DNA of 64,000 nucleotides from Octopus vulgaris (taxonomy: Eukaryota), in NCBI GenBank assembly GCA_951406725.2, contig OX597814.1, forward strand, positions 112,468,001 through 112,532,000, written 5' to 3'. Both the position numbers and the translations under genes were made by a program. Positions 29,581-43,899 of the stretch are shown piece by piece; positions within the stretch are counted from its first letter, which is position 1, and every line of letters starts with the position of its first letter. The notes beneath the pieces are model-generated. The model was not told where the DNA came from and did no database searches. It saw only the letters and a program-made list of their open reading frames with translations.

Positions 29581-29652
29581 CCTTGCGCCTATACACATAC
29601 ACACATACATACATACATACATACATGCATATATAATTGCCAATAAGCCAGC

Positions 29653-29719
<67 letters not shown>

Positions 29720-29721
<2 letters not shown>

Positions 29722-30590
29722 TTCCTTTAACACAGGTTTTGTTGGAGCTCCTGGAGTTTTGCATGCACAGCGGGCTTACTACCTGCTGCCTACGGTTCTA
29801 TGCTATCCGTTCTTTTCAACTAATACTTTCCTGATTATTGTGGCCGTGCCAAGGATGCAAACCTTTTGTAACAGTTCTACTGGGCACTCTATTCCAGCAA
29901 TAACTGGCACTATCTTCACCTTCTTCATTTTCCATATCTGAGCTATTTCGTACTTAAGAAGGCTGTATCTATCTTTTCGTCTTCTTTCTTGACTAATCGT
30001 GGGTCAAAGGGGCATGAAACTTCAACTATATAGCATATGTGGTGCATCTTGTCCCCCACCACTATGTCCCGTCCGTTATGCTCTAAACCTGATCCGTTTG
30101 GATTGAAAAAACCCAGAGGATTTTGCTAGATTCTTACTCTGCCACGCTCTGTGGTTTGTGCTCATACAACGTCTTGCCTCTCTCTAGACCCCACTTTTCG
30201 CACTGTATCCAATGTAGCACTTTCGCTACCTGATCGTGTCGAAAACTCACAACTTATTTTGCTGGGTATGATGGAAAGTGTCAGCTGTCCACAGCCAGCG
30301 GACTAAGGTGACAATTGTTTTACTGGTCATGCTTCATGAACCTTGTGAAAAATTCTTGCAGTTCCAAACAATGCCGATTTTTATAGGTGTTCTACCTTCA
30401 CACTTGCACCGATCTTTTCATCCAAGTTGGTAGTTGAGTGCTGATACTTCCAAGTGCACCAATTACTAATGGTATCACGCTTACTCTCTTCATTAACGAC
30501 AGCCTTCGTATTTCCCTCTTCAAATCGTCATAATTGTTTAGTTGTTCTTTCACATTGATCCTATTATCACCAGGGCATGCTATGTCTATT
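29720..30590 (-). mobile_element. Two stacked R4/Dong RLE fragments
   Basis: 30260-30590: LIDIACPGDNRI..NNYDDLKREI..VIPLVIGALG with the same 3' UTR as 23720; 29720-30240: RHDQVAKVLHW..DIVV..VEVSCPFD..LKYEIAQIW..QKVCILGTATIIRKVL. Confidence 0.85.
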
Positions 30591-30621
30591 AACATTCATA
30601 TTATTATTATTATTAATATTA

Positions 30622-30685
<64 letters not shown>

Positions 30686-30722
30686 TATTATTACTATTAT
30701 TATTATTATTATTATTATTATT

Positions 30723-31210
30723 GAGTGAGAGAGCAGTTCATGCCATCAAAGTGACACTGGGGTAAAATATACGAAGCTCAATATACCCATCATGACTACC
30801 CGTCTGATAAGGGTACACCAGGCACATGCATCACAACCATATGTGCGCGACATGGTGATCTCATATCAAGATAAACAGCACATGACCTTGCAGGTGGGGC
30901 CCAGTTAGAATTTTCTTCAGGTTGAGTAGCCCATCCTGCTCAAAAGGTCCCTGAATAAGGGTTGTTTAAGGATGTTGAAAGAACCACCCATGTTTCCAGA
31001 GGTGAATTAGTCAAACTCCAAAGAATCCCTCTCAACACATGGCTATGATGCTCCCCCACTACTTCTGCTCGTGATCAGAGATGCACATTTCGTCAGCCAC
31101 TAAGAGACATGGTCAACTGGTTAAGGTCAAACAACTGACAAGCAAATCTGTGGTATTGAGCAGAATATTTGCTGTAGCCTATCTTTTATACCAAGACAAA
31201 ACAATGTACA
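30723..31210 (-). mobile_element. Family B non-coding (TAA)n-tailed retroposon
   Basis: Reverse complement of ~51663-52150; (ATT)n on both sides. Confidence 0.9.
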
Positions 31211-31265
<55 letters not shown>

Positions 31266-31329
31266 GTATTAGTATTATTATTATTATATGTGTATATATA
31301 TAGCTACATAAATTCACGCATGCAAATGC

Positions 31330-31360
<31 letters not shown>

Positions 31361-31375
31361 GTACAAAGACACAGG

Positions 31376-31447
<72 letters not shown>

Positions 31448-32347
31448 CGCGTGCTTGTGTATGTGTGAATCGGTGAGAAAATTGCCGACAAATCTGTATG
31501 TCGAACAAGCAAATGGAATGGCTGACAAAAATTTTACAAATGGTGACTGTATGTTTGAGGTGGTGGGCCAAGATGGATATAAACACATTTAAAGATATTT
31601 GCTTATATTACGTAATATGCATTAAGTATACTAGTGTGTGTGGTGGTGTCTGCTAGTATGCGTGTTCAAATACCTATGCGCACGTATACACGAGAGGGAA
31701 AGAGGCACAGAGGGAGGGGGAAGAGAGAAAGAGAATATTAGAGAGAGAGAGAGAGACTGAATGAAACAGACGAACTAGTAGACGAAGAGGCAGACGAGAG
31801 ACAGAGAAATAGATTGAATGACAGAGAGGAAATGAATAAGAGAAAATGCCGGGATATGTAAAATGTCGAAAATGCCGATATGCAGAATGAAGAGAGCAGG
31901 CGTTGAGCAATTTTAAGAAACAGAAGGAATCTCGTGATTGACTGACTGACAAACTCGTAATGACAGTCTAACTGGGAAATAGTTGGACAGAGAAATATTT
32001 GAGTGTAAGGCTCCAGGATGTCGAGGTGAATGGTGATAATGTAGGCAGGCGAGAAAGATGAAAGACTCGGCCGAGAGAGACAGAGAAGATGGCGAGTGAT
32101 TGAGAGAGAGAGGGAGAGGGGGAGGAGAGACAGAGAGTAGGGAAGGAAAGAGATAGAAAGAGAGAGAGAGAGAGTGGAGTGAAGGAGTGGGAGGAGGAAT
32201 TGTGTACTATTTTTGGGTGGGGGAAATTCTTTATGGCGATTTCTGAGATGTGATGCAAAGAAGTGGTGAAAGAGCTCAGCGACGTTATTAACAACAATGG
32301 ATTGTTGTAACAATTACTACATGAAGTGAACAAAATCTGCGTGTGTA

Positions 32348-32446
<99 letters not shown>

Positions 32447-32598
32447 ATGTGTGTATATGCATATATATGTATATATATATATATATGTATGTATATATGT
32501 GCATATATATACATATACATACATATACATATATATATATATATGTATATTTATATATATGTACATGTATACATATATATATATATACATATATATAT

Positions 32599-32701
<103 letters not shown>

Positions 32702-32703
32702 AA

Positions 32704-32932
32704 AGCGGCTAGCTGGCAGATCGTTAGCACGCCGGGCGAAATGCGTAGCCGTAATTTCGTCTGTCGTTACGTCCCGAGTTCAAATTCCGCTGTGGTCGAC
32801 TTTGCCTTTCATCCTTTCGCGGTCGATAAATTATGTACCAGTTACGCACTGGTGTCGATGTAGTAGACTTAATCCCTTTCTCTGTCCTTGTTCGTCCCCT
32901 CTGTGTTTAGCCCCTTGTGGGTAGTAAGGAAA
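32704..32932 (+). mobile_element. SINE family 1
   Basis: Head, B box gagttcaaattcc, core and gccccttgtgggtagtaa tail. Confidence 0.85.
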
Positions 32933-32994
32933 TGTATATGTGCGCGCGCATACACACACACACACATACACATGCATACATAATACATGCATAC

Positions 32995-33350
32995 AAGCTG
33001 TGTGGTAAGAAGTTTGCTTCCCAACCACATGATTCCGGGTTCGGTCTCACTGCATGGCACCTTGGGTAAATATCTTCTACTATATTTTCGGTCCGTGTGG
33101 ATTTGGTAGACGGAAACTGAAAGAAGCCCGTCGTATTTATCTGTGTGTATGTATGTGTGTGTAACTTTTATCTTTTACTTTTTCAATCATTGGATTGCGG
33201 CCATGTTGGGGCACCGCATTGAAGGGTTTTAGTCGATCAAATCGACCCCGGTGCCTTTTGTTTTAAAGCCTCCTACTTATTCTAGTGTTCTCTTTTAGGA
33301 GGACATAAAAAAAACCAACACCGGTTGTCAAGCTGAGGTGGATGACAAAC
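32995..33350. mobile_element. SINE family 2 with internal inversion (head +, tail -)
   Basis: 5' half on + (32995-33135), 3' half on - (33170-33350). Confidence 0.65.
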
Positions 33351-33639
33351 ACAAACAAACGAACAAACATGCACACACGCAACCCCACCCCCACACACCC
33401 CCACCCCCACACACCCCCACACACTCATACATATATACATATATATATATCTGTGTGTGTGTGTATGTGTGGATGCATGCGTGAGTGTAGGAGTGTGTGT
33501 GCGCGCACGTGTGTGTGTGAATGTGTGTGTGCATGTGTGGATGTATAAATGTATAAAAACACGCACACGCACACATACACACTCACACACACATACGCTC
33601 ATACACACACACACTCTCTCTCTCATACACACACATACC

Positions 33640-33710
<71 letters not shown>

Positions 33711-33934
33711 TTATGAGATAAGATAGACTTATAAGATCATTTTGGAGTTCTTTAGTCAGAATATTTTAATGTGTGACTGTATGCATTTACCCCGTATGAC
33801 TTCTGACATTAACCGCATGGTCGAGATGAGCTGGAAAATGAAATGTATACGTGGCAAAATGTGTGCGTACTTTGGTATCTGCGGGTGAATTTACTCGTGG
33901 ATACATATATTTCTCGTTTATATATTAAGGGTAT

Positions 33935-33993
33935 ATTCTACTGAAGATCGATGAGCAATTTTTTGCATACCGTGAAATCCCGAGGTATAGAAT
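33935..33993 (+). ncRNA. Type-I hammerhead ribozyme motif
   Basis: attcta CTGAAGA tcgatgagcaattttttgcataccgt GAAA tcccgagg TA tagaat; perfect 6-bp helix I, partly decayed helix II. Confidence 0.65.
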
Positions 33994-34169
33994 TATCCAT
34001 AATTTTGTTATATTTTCTTGTTCATTCCCTCACGTTCGTACCTGTGGTTGAATATGGAGAACAAATCGTAGAGTGGATTGTAGGTATCTGACATCTACTT
34101 CTAGCATTGTCGCTGGTCATTTCCAGCATCCCTTAACTATAATTATATCATTATAATTATATACGTAAA

Positions 34170-34930
<761 letters not shown>

Positions 34931-35711
34931 GACAGGTTTCTTTCAGTTTCCGTCGACCAAATCCAATCACAAGGATTTAGTCGGCCCGGGATGATGAGCG
35001 CGTGTTTTTATACATTTAAATTTAAATCTGCAGTGTGGAAATAATTACGATGTTGATTTAGTACACTTGAAAGGGCATTTTAAAAAAGTTATGATCTGGG
35101 TCTATCATACTCATCACTGGATATCGTGAAAATGTTACGGTATTCATTTAATACGCATTTTACTGGTCTGTGTGTGACAATGTTATCATCTCTGTAAAGT
35201 CCCCCCTCGAGAACGGGAAGCTAGATTTAAAACTGGCGTGCAAGAATAAACCAACTAAATCATTGACCTTTGCAAACTCATTCACGAACCCACTCTATCT
35301 TCACATTAAGATGGTCCGAGGAACTTCTTTTACTATAAGGAGTAGTGTTAAGGAATGAGGGACTTCTTAGTTTGCCACATTTTCTATATCCTTTCCTCTT
35401 GTGTTGATCAAGGATCTTGTGTAGTCTAAAGCATTAATGCGGAACGGCAGGTGAATGAGGCGTAGTACTATTTTATATCAAATAAGAGGAAGTAAAAGAC
35501 TTGTATGTCAAGGAAAATTTAATCAAGTCATAACTGATTGTGTTACCCCAAAAGATCAGAAAGGGTACCATTCAGTTTGAAAGGTTCTTTTTTTTATAGG
35601 CTTATGATACTACGCATCTGATTTTGATGAGCGGAATAAAGGGATTGGTAATGATGCTGATCTTGTGATACTTGTGATAGGTATCTCAGTAAGCTCCCGA
35701 GTTCGATTATT

Positions 35712-36270
35712 AGAATCGTTAACACGCCGGGTGACATGTTTCGCGGTATTTCGTCTGTTGCTTACGTCCTGAGTTCAAATTCCGCCGAGGTCGACTTTAC
35801 CTATTTATCCTTTCGGGGTGGATTAAATAAGTACCAGTTGCGCACTGGGATCGATATAATCGACTTAATCCGTTTGTCTGTCCTTCTTAGTCGTCTCTGT
35901 GTTTAGCCCCTTGTGGGTAGTAAAGAAATAGGTAATTCGTCTGTTGTTTACGTTCTGAGTTCAAATTCCGCCGAGGTCGACTTTGCCTTTCATCCTTTCG
36001 GGATGGATAAATTAAGTACCAGTTGCGCACGGGGGTCTATCTAATTGACTGGTCCCCTCCCTTTAAAATTTCGGGTCTTGTGCCTAGAGTAGAAAAGAAT
36101 CGTTAGTGCGCTGGACGAAATGCTTAGCAGTATTTCACCCACGCTCTGTTCTGAGTTCAAATTCCTTTTGGGGTCGATAAATTAAGTACCAGTGAAACAC
36201 TGGGATCGATGTAATCGACTAGTCCCCCCCCCCACAAATATGAGGCCATGTTTTGCCTCCAGTAGAAAGG
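35712..36270 (+). mobile_element. Tandem array of ~3 SINE family-1 units
   Basis: gagttcaaattcc recurs at ~35771, ~35957 and ~36153 with two alternative tails. Confidence 0.8.
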
Positions 36271-37024
36271 ATTATTATTACTATTATTTCATTTTCTTAT
36301 TCTCATTCTTTTTCTTGTAATATTTCATCTTCCCTTTTTTTTTCTTTTTCCTCTCCATATTTTCCAACTATTTCAACAATGTTAACACAGACTATCCTTG
36401 TTCAGTCCCATCATTTCAACTTAGACTCATCACCCACCTCCGCCCTATTTCTTCCATTTTCTTCAAATATATTATTTCAAATAATACACCCCTATGAATA
36501 AAACAACAACAACAATAACAGCAACAGCAATAACGACAACAACAATAAAAAAAGTGTTGATTGTTTAATGCAAAGACATTGTCGTAAAAATCCAAATAAT
36601 TCCAGTTCTTTAATTTCTTCGTCTCAATTAGCAACTGTATATAATGTTTGCCCCAAGAGAGTTTTGGCATTTCCTGCTAATTTTTGAATGCGAAGTTAAT
36701 AAGGAATACGGGTATATATGATTTTACGCATGCTGCGTGCATGCAAGTATGTGTGTGTGTTTATTACTTTAGTATGATGTATGCACGGGTGCATTTATGC
36801 TTTTACGCACGATTTATGGGTAAGTGTAGGTGCTTGAGTTTTGATTTAATGCATAACTATAGACATGGGTATTATGTATGTATGTATGTATGTATGCATG
36901 TATGTATGTATGTATGTATGTATGCATGTGTGTATGTATGTGTGTATGTATGCATGTATGTAAGATTGTGTGTATGTATGTGTGTATATGTGACTTTTAT
37001 ATATGATGTAGGCATGTATATTCT

Positions 37025-37240
37025 TTTATTCTGTTATTTGTTTCCGTCATCTGACTGCGGCCATACTGGAGCACAACCTTTAGTCGAGCAAATCGACCCC
37101 AGGACTTATTCTTTGTGAGGGTCCGATAGAGTAAGTACTAGACTTACAAAGAATAAGTCCTGGGGTCAATTTGCTCGACTACAGGCGGTGCCCCAGCATG
37201 GCTGCAGTCAAATGACTGAAACAAGTAAAAGAGTAAAGAA
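37025..37240. mobile_element. Inverted pair of SINE family-2 3' tails
   Basis: 37034-37116 is the reverse complement of ~37143-37228. Confidence 0.75.
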
Positions 37241-37263
37241 GTATATATATATGTGTGTATGTT

Positions 37264-37315
<52 letters not shown>

Positions 37316-37455
37316 TACATGATTTTAAGTACGATATATGGAAATGTGTATGTGCTTCAGTTTATGCGTGACTATAGACGTGGGTATTTATGTATGTACG
37401 TATATAGGTATGTATGCATGTATGCATGTATGCATGTATGTATGTATGTGTTTGT

Positions 37456-37506
<51 letters not shown>

Positions 37507-37854
37507 CAAAACTGGAGATGAAGAAAAAAAGGTTTGTCATTCCTCTAAAAGCCTTATAAACAATTATGATTTCTGGTGAACTTTTGACAAAGCAATACAA
37601 GCTTTTTCCTATCAAATACTGTCTACAAATTCTTACCGTATATATGCTTATAAACAATTATGATTTCTAAAGAACTTATAAACAATTATGAACTTATTTT
37701 ACTGCCTATATTGAACACTTTTATGTAAATACTTTAAGCACAAAGTCTCTCTTAATATTTTCTTATCATTGTCAAAGACTCTATCGCTGTATTTTAATAC
37801 ATCCATGTTAACTAATTTTTAACATCACAAAAGTGACACAAAGCCTTGCACTTT

Positions 37855-38038
37855 ACTTTTGAAAATCTTTTTTAAAAAAAGAGAAACCGGTCAAGTCAAT
37901 AAACATCTTCCAATTTTACTCTGTTATATATATATATATATAATTTATCGCTAGCCACTAAGCATTTTAAAAAAATTTCTCTCTCTGATTATTTCTGTGT
38001 TCCTTTCTGTTGAAAAGCGTAGGCTCGAAACGTAAAAG
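37855..38038 (+). ncRNA. Two degenerate hammerhead motifs
   Basis: 37855-37896: actt tTGAAaA tc..ga GAAA CCGG TC aagt; 38003-38038: cttt CTGtTGA aaagc gtag gctc GAAA CG TA aaag. Confidence 0.5.
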
Positions 38039-38149
38039 ACTTTCTCACTTCCCGAGCGTTAAATTAATACATCTGTTTGCTATTTACACACCCGTCTTCG
38101 TCTTTTGTTTTGTTTGTTTTTTGTAAATTCCATATATATATATATATAA

Positions 38150-38217
<68 letters not shown>

Positions 38218-38271
38218 GTGAATTGAAGAAATGGAGTTGAACGAAGATTGAACAGAAATCCTTTTATTGCA

Positions 38272-38351
38272 TTCTACACGTGTTTCGAAAGCCACAATTT
38301 ACCAAATTCCGATTGAATAAGGAGACCATATTGTGTCTTTCTCTTCAGGAA
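38272..38351 (-). ncRNA. Type-I hammerhead ribozyme in PLE terminal repeat
   Basis: Minus: ttc CTGAAGA gaaagacacaat...attgtggctttc GAAA CACGTG TA gaa; long helix II, palindromic helix III. Confidence 0.8.
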
Positions 38352-38929
38352 GAAATAGGAATTCCGTTGGCAGAACAAAAACAGAACAGAGGCGCAGCAA
38401 AACAAATCGAACGAGGAGGCTCCTAAGAGCCCATGGCCAAACTGTTTATCAATGTATGTTGAAATCGGGTGGTGGGTGCGTTGAAGATATTTACAGGTCA
38501 GGCAGCGGTCAATCCGGTGGGTGAGAGCACGGGGTGCGTAGATGTTCTTTGTGGCCGAGACTAAGGTTCTGACTATTTTAAGAATATTAGGTGTATTATA
38601 TGGGGCGAGACGAAATCTACTTAGAAACATGTGTGTATGAACTGTTCTATATGTGCGCGGCCGTAAGTTGGTAAAAAGCGCTACACAATGGTCACTGCTG
38701 AAAAATCCGCCAGGCGGCAGAAAATATTTTATGTGTTCGTGTGTTCGTCTTATCATGCTTTGTCAAAACAAACCTCACGTCGTCAAAACAATACACCATT
38801 CGCCTAATGGGAGTAATTCCCCTTGCAAGGGTTAATCATATCTCTCTTAAAAAGCTATTTCAAAAAATTATTTCCAAGGGCTATTTTCATATAAGTAGGG
38901 TAACCGGGTGCAGGTTTCATTTATAAGCG

Positions 38930-39418
38930 TCATTTATAAGCAAGATAAGTATAACGCCGCCAATGGGGGCATCGAAAAGCCGACTGTAAAAGTCCGTTTA
39001 CCATCCGGTCTCTGGCGAACAATATATGGAAAAGCTCGGAGACACAAAGGTTGCACTTCCTTCTGCCCCTATCAAATGGGAGGGCCACCGACAAAATTGA
39101 CCATTCCAGCCTGTAGCTTGAGTTCGTATTCTTCAATCGCCATATTAGCTTGCTAAGTCCCGTGGCTTGGTATTTATTCACGTCGCGAAAAGTTGCGTAA
39201 TGGTTGGAGATTCGTAAGGCCAATTTTGACGATGAGGCCCCGACATATGAGTAGACATCTGAGTCCGTGTAAACCTTGCATTGGTAAACGGCATTTCTGA
39301 TCTTGGAGTTCCCCGACATGAACCTTATTCTATTAGGATTAGTTTCTGAAATTAGAACTGCGTTACTGTTACTATATTGATTGCGAGAACTGCAGCCGCT
39401 TACTACTTTGTTTTCCAC
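38930..39418 (-). CDS. GIY-YIG endonuclease domain of PLE ORF (5'-truncated, no RT)
   Basis: VYQ...YVG motif pair, conserved R..NH, CxxC and catalytic E region. Confidence 0.8.
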   Translation of the reverse strand: MENKVVSGCSSRNQYSNSNAVLISETNPNRIRFMSGNSKIRNAVYQCKVYTDSDVYSYVGASSSKLALRISNHYATFRDVNKYQATGLSKLIWRLKNTNSSYRLEWSILSVALPFDRGRRKCNLCVSELFHILFARDRMVNGLLQSAFRCPHWRRYTYLAYK

Positions 39419-40229
39419 TAAGTCACTATTAACTAACGGAATAACCCCTGATTCTTCACTATCACTCAGAGTGCTGTAATTGCTAGTGTCCGTGGTACTG
39501 CTATTGCCGGAAACGATGCTGGAGTTGCTATTGGGACTCTCTACCCTAATGAGCCGAGATGGAATAATAATAGTAGTAATAATGATATGAGAGCCAGTAC
39601 AGTGACTGATAATCTCAGCTCCAACCAGGGATTATATACTAGGCGTATAGATATAATTAAGGGTGATGTCATTAACGATAACAATGGCAGTAGTGAGGTG
39701 AGCGCATCTCGGCTCATTAGGGTAGAGAGTCCCAATAGCAACTCCAGCATCGTTTCCGGCAATAGCAGTACCACGGACACTAGCAATTACAGCACTCTGA
39801 GTGATAGTGAAGAATCAGGGGTTATTCCGTTAGTTAATAGTGACTTAGTGGAAAACAAAGTAGTAAGCGGCTGCAGTTCTCGCAATCAATATAGTAACAG
39901 TAACGCAGTTCTAATTTCAGAAACTAATCCTAATAGAATAAGGTTCATGTCGGGGAACTCCAAGATCAGAAATGCCGTTTACCAATGCAAGGTTTACACG
40001 GACTCAGATGTCTACTCATATGTCGGGGCCTCATCGTCAAAATTGGCCTTACGAATCTCCAACCATTACGCAACTATTAAAATTCAATTATCCGCACTAA
40101 CGCACGGTTGCAACACCATATGGTTGTACCTCCAACCGTGCTTTCTTCTGCTGTGATTTTTGCTACCAAGGTATCGGTTAAACTTTTGATTAATCTGCAA
40201 CAAGATTATTCATCTTTCTATTTCACCAA

Positions 40230-40263
<34 letters not shown>

Positions 40264-40349
40264 ATGTGTGTGTGTGTATATATGTATGTATATATATATA
40301 TATATATATACACGTATATATATATATATATATATATATATACTAGAGT

Positions 40350-40535
40350 AAGTAAATACATGTCAAACAAGGTGGGAAAAATAGTACTCGAATACCAAAG
40401 GTAGAGTAATATGCTTTATCAATAAATCTGCAAGGTTTATTTGGGTTTCACGTTCCCGTTCGTCGGACAGGGGATGTGAAACTCTGAGTAGCAGTTTTTC
40501 TAATGTATTTGCAGCTTTATTAATAAAGTATTATA
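40350..40535. mobile_element. Inverted pair of short hammerhead-bearing element halves
   Basis: Minus ctgt cCGACGA acgggaacgt GAAA abuts plus gtGAAActctgagTAgcag; arms taatatgctttatcaataaatctgcaa / ttgcagctttattaataaagtatta. Confidence 0.6.
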
Positions 40536-40724
40536 TATATATAAATAAAGTAGTATATATATATATATTACAACGAAGTAGGAGAATTACAACGAAGTAC
40601 TATCCATTACTAGTTTTATTAAAAACTACCATGGTGTTTCCCTCTCCCCAATTAAGTAACTATCAATCATACATACTTATACACATGCCTATAAAACTTA
40701 TCAATACGCATACGTGATATAGAA

Positions 40725-40772
<48 letters not shown>

Positions 40773-40826
40773 CATACACACACACGCACACACAAACACA
40801 CACACACACACACACGTATATATATA

Positions 40827-41230
40827 TAGGTCATCCCATAAGTACTGGTTCGAATTTTGAATAAAGAAAACAAGTGATCAAATTTTATATTTAATTGAAA
40901 TTTAATCATTAATGTACTTTCCCTGATTATCTATTTACAAGCTTTTTAATCCCATCAATGTAAAACTCTTTTGGTTTCAAAGCGAAGGACTCTGAAATGT
41001 CAGTTTCGACCTCCTCCTGGCTTGTGAAAGCTATGTCCCCCCCAAATGATTCTGTAAACTACGAAACAAATGGTAATCTGAAGGAGCAAGGTCGGAAGAA
41101 TAAGCTGGATGAGGAATTTTTTTTCCAACCAAGCTCTTCGATCTTCTGTGATGTGATCTTTGCAGTGTGGGGTCGCGCATTATCCTGATGAACCATCACT
41201 CCTTTTCGATTCACTAAAGCAGGTCTTCAT
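40827..41230 (-). mobile_element. Mariner transposase C-terminal remnant with one end
   Basis: Minus: RPALVNRKGVMVHQDNARPHTAK...GW..IPHPAYSSDLAPSDYHLFRSLQN (mariner D34D motif). Confidence 0.9.
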
Positions 41231-41461
41231 TGATATTGAATTATTTATATCTGTCTCGAAATGAAAACTACCTTCTACGAAGTTTGAACACCATATGCAA
41301 ATGTAAGCAGCTGAAATGAATACAGTAGGGCATTTCGTTCTTTGTTCTGACAATTATGCCACCGGCTGCTCCATAAATTCACTTTAAAAGATTTCGTTTA
41401 TATAAAATATGAAATAAAATTATTCTGTGATATCCTACAACAATAACTACAATGGTATTCG

Positions 41462-41575
<114 letters not shown>

Positions 41576-41878
41576 CCTGGAACCTGAAATTTGTTTTTTT
41601 AAGGTTTAGCTTGTAGAAGGGTAAGGTGCGATTTGAAGGTATCAAACTTTCAGCCCCGATTAGTTATATCAGAATGATGTATAGGTGACGTCGGTCCGTT
41701 GCAGATTTCAATGTCAGCAATTCTGAAAGAGGAGGGTGAGTACGTGATTGCTACTGTATTTTATCGATCCTGACGAGATGAACGGCAAAGTTGCCTTCGG
41801 CTGATTTCTAATCAGAACATAAAGATCGGAAAAAATGCCGCTAAGCATTTTGTTCAACATGCTAACCAATATACATAT

Positions 41879-41978
41879 NNNNNNNNNNNNNNNNNNNNNN
41901 NNNNNNNNNNNNNNNNNNNNNNNNNNNNNNNNNNNNNNNNNNNNNNNNNNNNNNNNNNNNNNNNNNNNNNNNNNNNNN
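41879..41978. other. Assembly gap (100 N)
   Basis: Run of N. Confidence 0.99.
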
Positions 41979-41990
41979 AATATTTAAACG

Positions 41991-42069
<79 letters not shown>

Positions 42070-42070
<1 letters not shown>

Positions 42071-42975
42071 TTAAGGACAGTAATACAACTTTCAAGCTGG
42101 AATGGTCCATATTGTCTGTATCCTTTCCGTTTGATAAGGGCAGAAAATTTTGTGGCGTCTGTAATTCCGAACTTTTCCATATTTTGTTCGCCAAAGTCCC
42201 TTTAATAAATACCATGGTCGAGAAATCTTATTGATGCATGCATTGACAAAAACACACCTTTCACTCATATGAATAATGATTAATATAGATAACCACCTTG
42301 AATTTTAATAATATAGTCCCATTTATATATCACCCCCATAGTCAATTTTTATACTCTTAAAGAACTACTACCCAACCCATTGAGGTGTGTTTTACCTTTG
42401 TCACTCTAACTCGCCCTCCTCTCTCTCTCTCTTTCCCTCTCTCTATCGTAAGCACAATCAAACACACAGACACAAACCTGTCACTTCACCACTGTCTGGT
42501 TTTGGCATCTACCCATCCACACACACAATCACGCACACACATACACACACATAGTCATTAATGCAGTTATATACATACACACACATAGGCACTCATTCAC
42601 AAAAGAAAACAACAAAATCACCATTCATTTGACCTGCACCCCTTTTGCCTTCCTATTCTTAGGTCTCTCTCCTCCAACCTTGTTTGAACCCTTGAACGTT
42701 CTAGAATCTTCTACATTCAACCATTTCTGACGTCACTGCTTATAACGGAATATTTTAAAGAAACACTCATTATCGCTATGGACTCCGTGTGGGCAGTCAT
42801 CTAAAAATTTTTGTGCATCTTGATGCTGACATAAGTTCCTTACTTTTCCTGATGAGAAGGCGGCATAATGCACCCCTTATTCCTTCGAAATTAGGAATAT
42901 GCAGCCTTCGAAACATAAGTCGAAAATAAAATAAAGGAATTTTGTTAATTCGTCGTTCAACTCCATTCTTTCATT
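42070..42975 (+). mobile_element. Second PLE copy related to 38213-40075 (GIY-YIG C-terminus + hammerhead), in (TA)n
   Basis: FKLEWSILSVSFPFDKGRKFCGVCNSELFHILF is homologous to ORF 38930; terminal cgttcaactccattc matches 38229-38242 reversed. Confidence 0.85.
42844..42926 (+). ncRNA. Type-I hammerhead ribozyme, intact core
   Basis: ttttc CTGATGA gaaggc ggcata...tatgc a gccttc GAAA cataag TC gaaaa. Confidence 0.8.
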
Positions 42976-43007
<32 letters not shown>

Positions 43008-43057
43008 GGGGGGGTGTATGTATGTATGTATGTATGTATATATGTATGTATGTATAT

Positions 43058-43390
43058 ATATTGTTATATTTCGGAATGGTCATTTTGCCAGTTTAGCCAA
43101 TAAAAACACACGCACTATATATTTGGTGTTATTTTGCTTCAGTGTTATTTATTTTTTACATTAATATTAATCTTATTTCAGCCAGAGTTCTATCGTCACA
43201 CTCCTGTGACCGCATCAGTGGTCCTTTGATTTCTTCTTTCTTATTTGTGTCTATCCTTACTAATCGTCAGTCATTTTGTATTTCTATTGTATGTGCGTCT
43301 ATGTTTATTTAGTGTATAACACCAAATATATAGTGCGTGTATTTTTATTGGCTAAACTGGCAAAATGACCATTCCCAAATATAACAATAT
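43058..43390. repeat. 75-bp inverted repeat enclosing a degenerate hammerhead (PLE-type fold-back)
   Basis: 43058-43132 pairs with 43316-43390; minus strand CTGATGc ggtcacaggagtgtgac...GAAA at ~43175-43222. Confidence 0.75.
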
Positions 43391-43443
43391 GTTTCAACAC
43401 ACGACTTCACATAAAAAAATCTTGCACAACAAATATTTAAACG

Positions 43444-43531
<88 letters not shown>

Positions 43532-43899
43532 AAACACATATAACTCATAAATGTAGTTACAAGAGATGTTTCGAGGTTGTATATCCGTATTAGAAATCAA
43601 TGAGGATATTAAAAAATGCACACGGTGAATGTAAAGCGGTAATCCAAACAGATGGAATGGTGGTATAAAATGATTTTAAAAGGAATCTTGTGCAGGCCTG
43701 ACGGCCGTTTCGAGGTTAATATAGGCGAATCATTTCTAACCATAACAATCATCTACATTTCTCTCATGGGAAGTAATTTAAGAGGATTTACAAAAGGGTT
43801 TTTTTTTAATTTAAAAAAAACACAAGAATTTTTAATGAATCTTAAAAATTCGAACGTTGTATCGAAAGAACATCCTGTTCAAGCAAATGATATATAATA

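Larger units (their letters stand above)
38213..40075 (-). mobile_element. Penelope-like element (GIY-YIG, Neptune/Nematis-like) with inverted 5' duplication and hammerhead pseudo-LTR
   Basis: ORF 38930-39418: AVYQCKV...YVG...RISNHYATF...TGLSKLIWRLK..LEWSI...CNLCVSE; 371-bp inverted arms 39191-39561 / 39705-40075; hammerhead 38272-38351; (TA)n at the left end. Confidence 0.9.

Noticed and set aside
39587-40156. Independent 189-aa gene
   Set aside because: It is the inverted, truncated duplicate of the PLE GIY-YIG region reading into flanking sequence.
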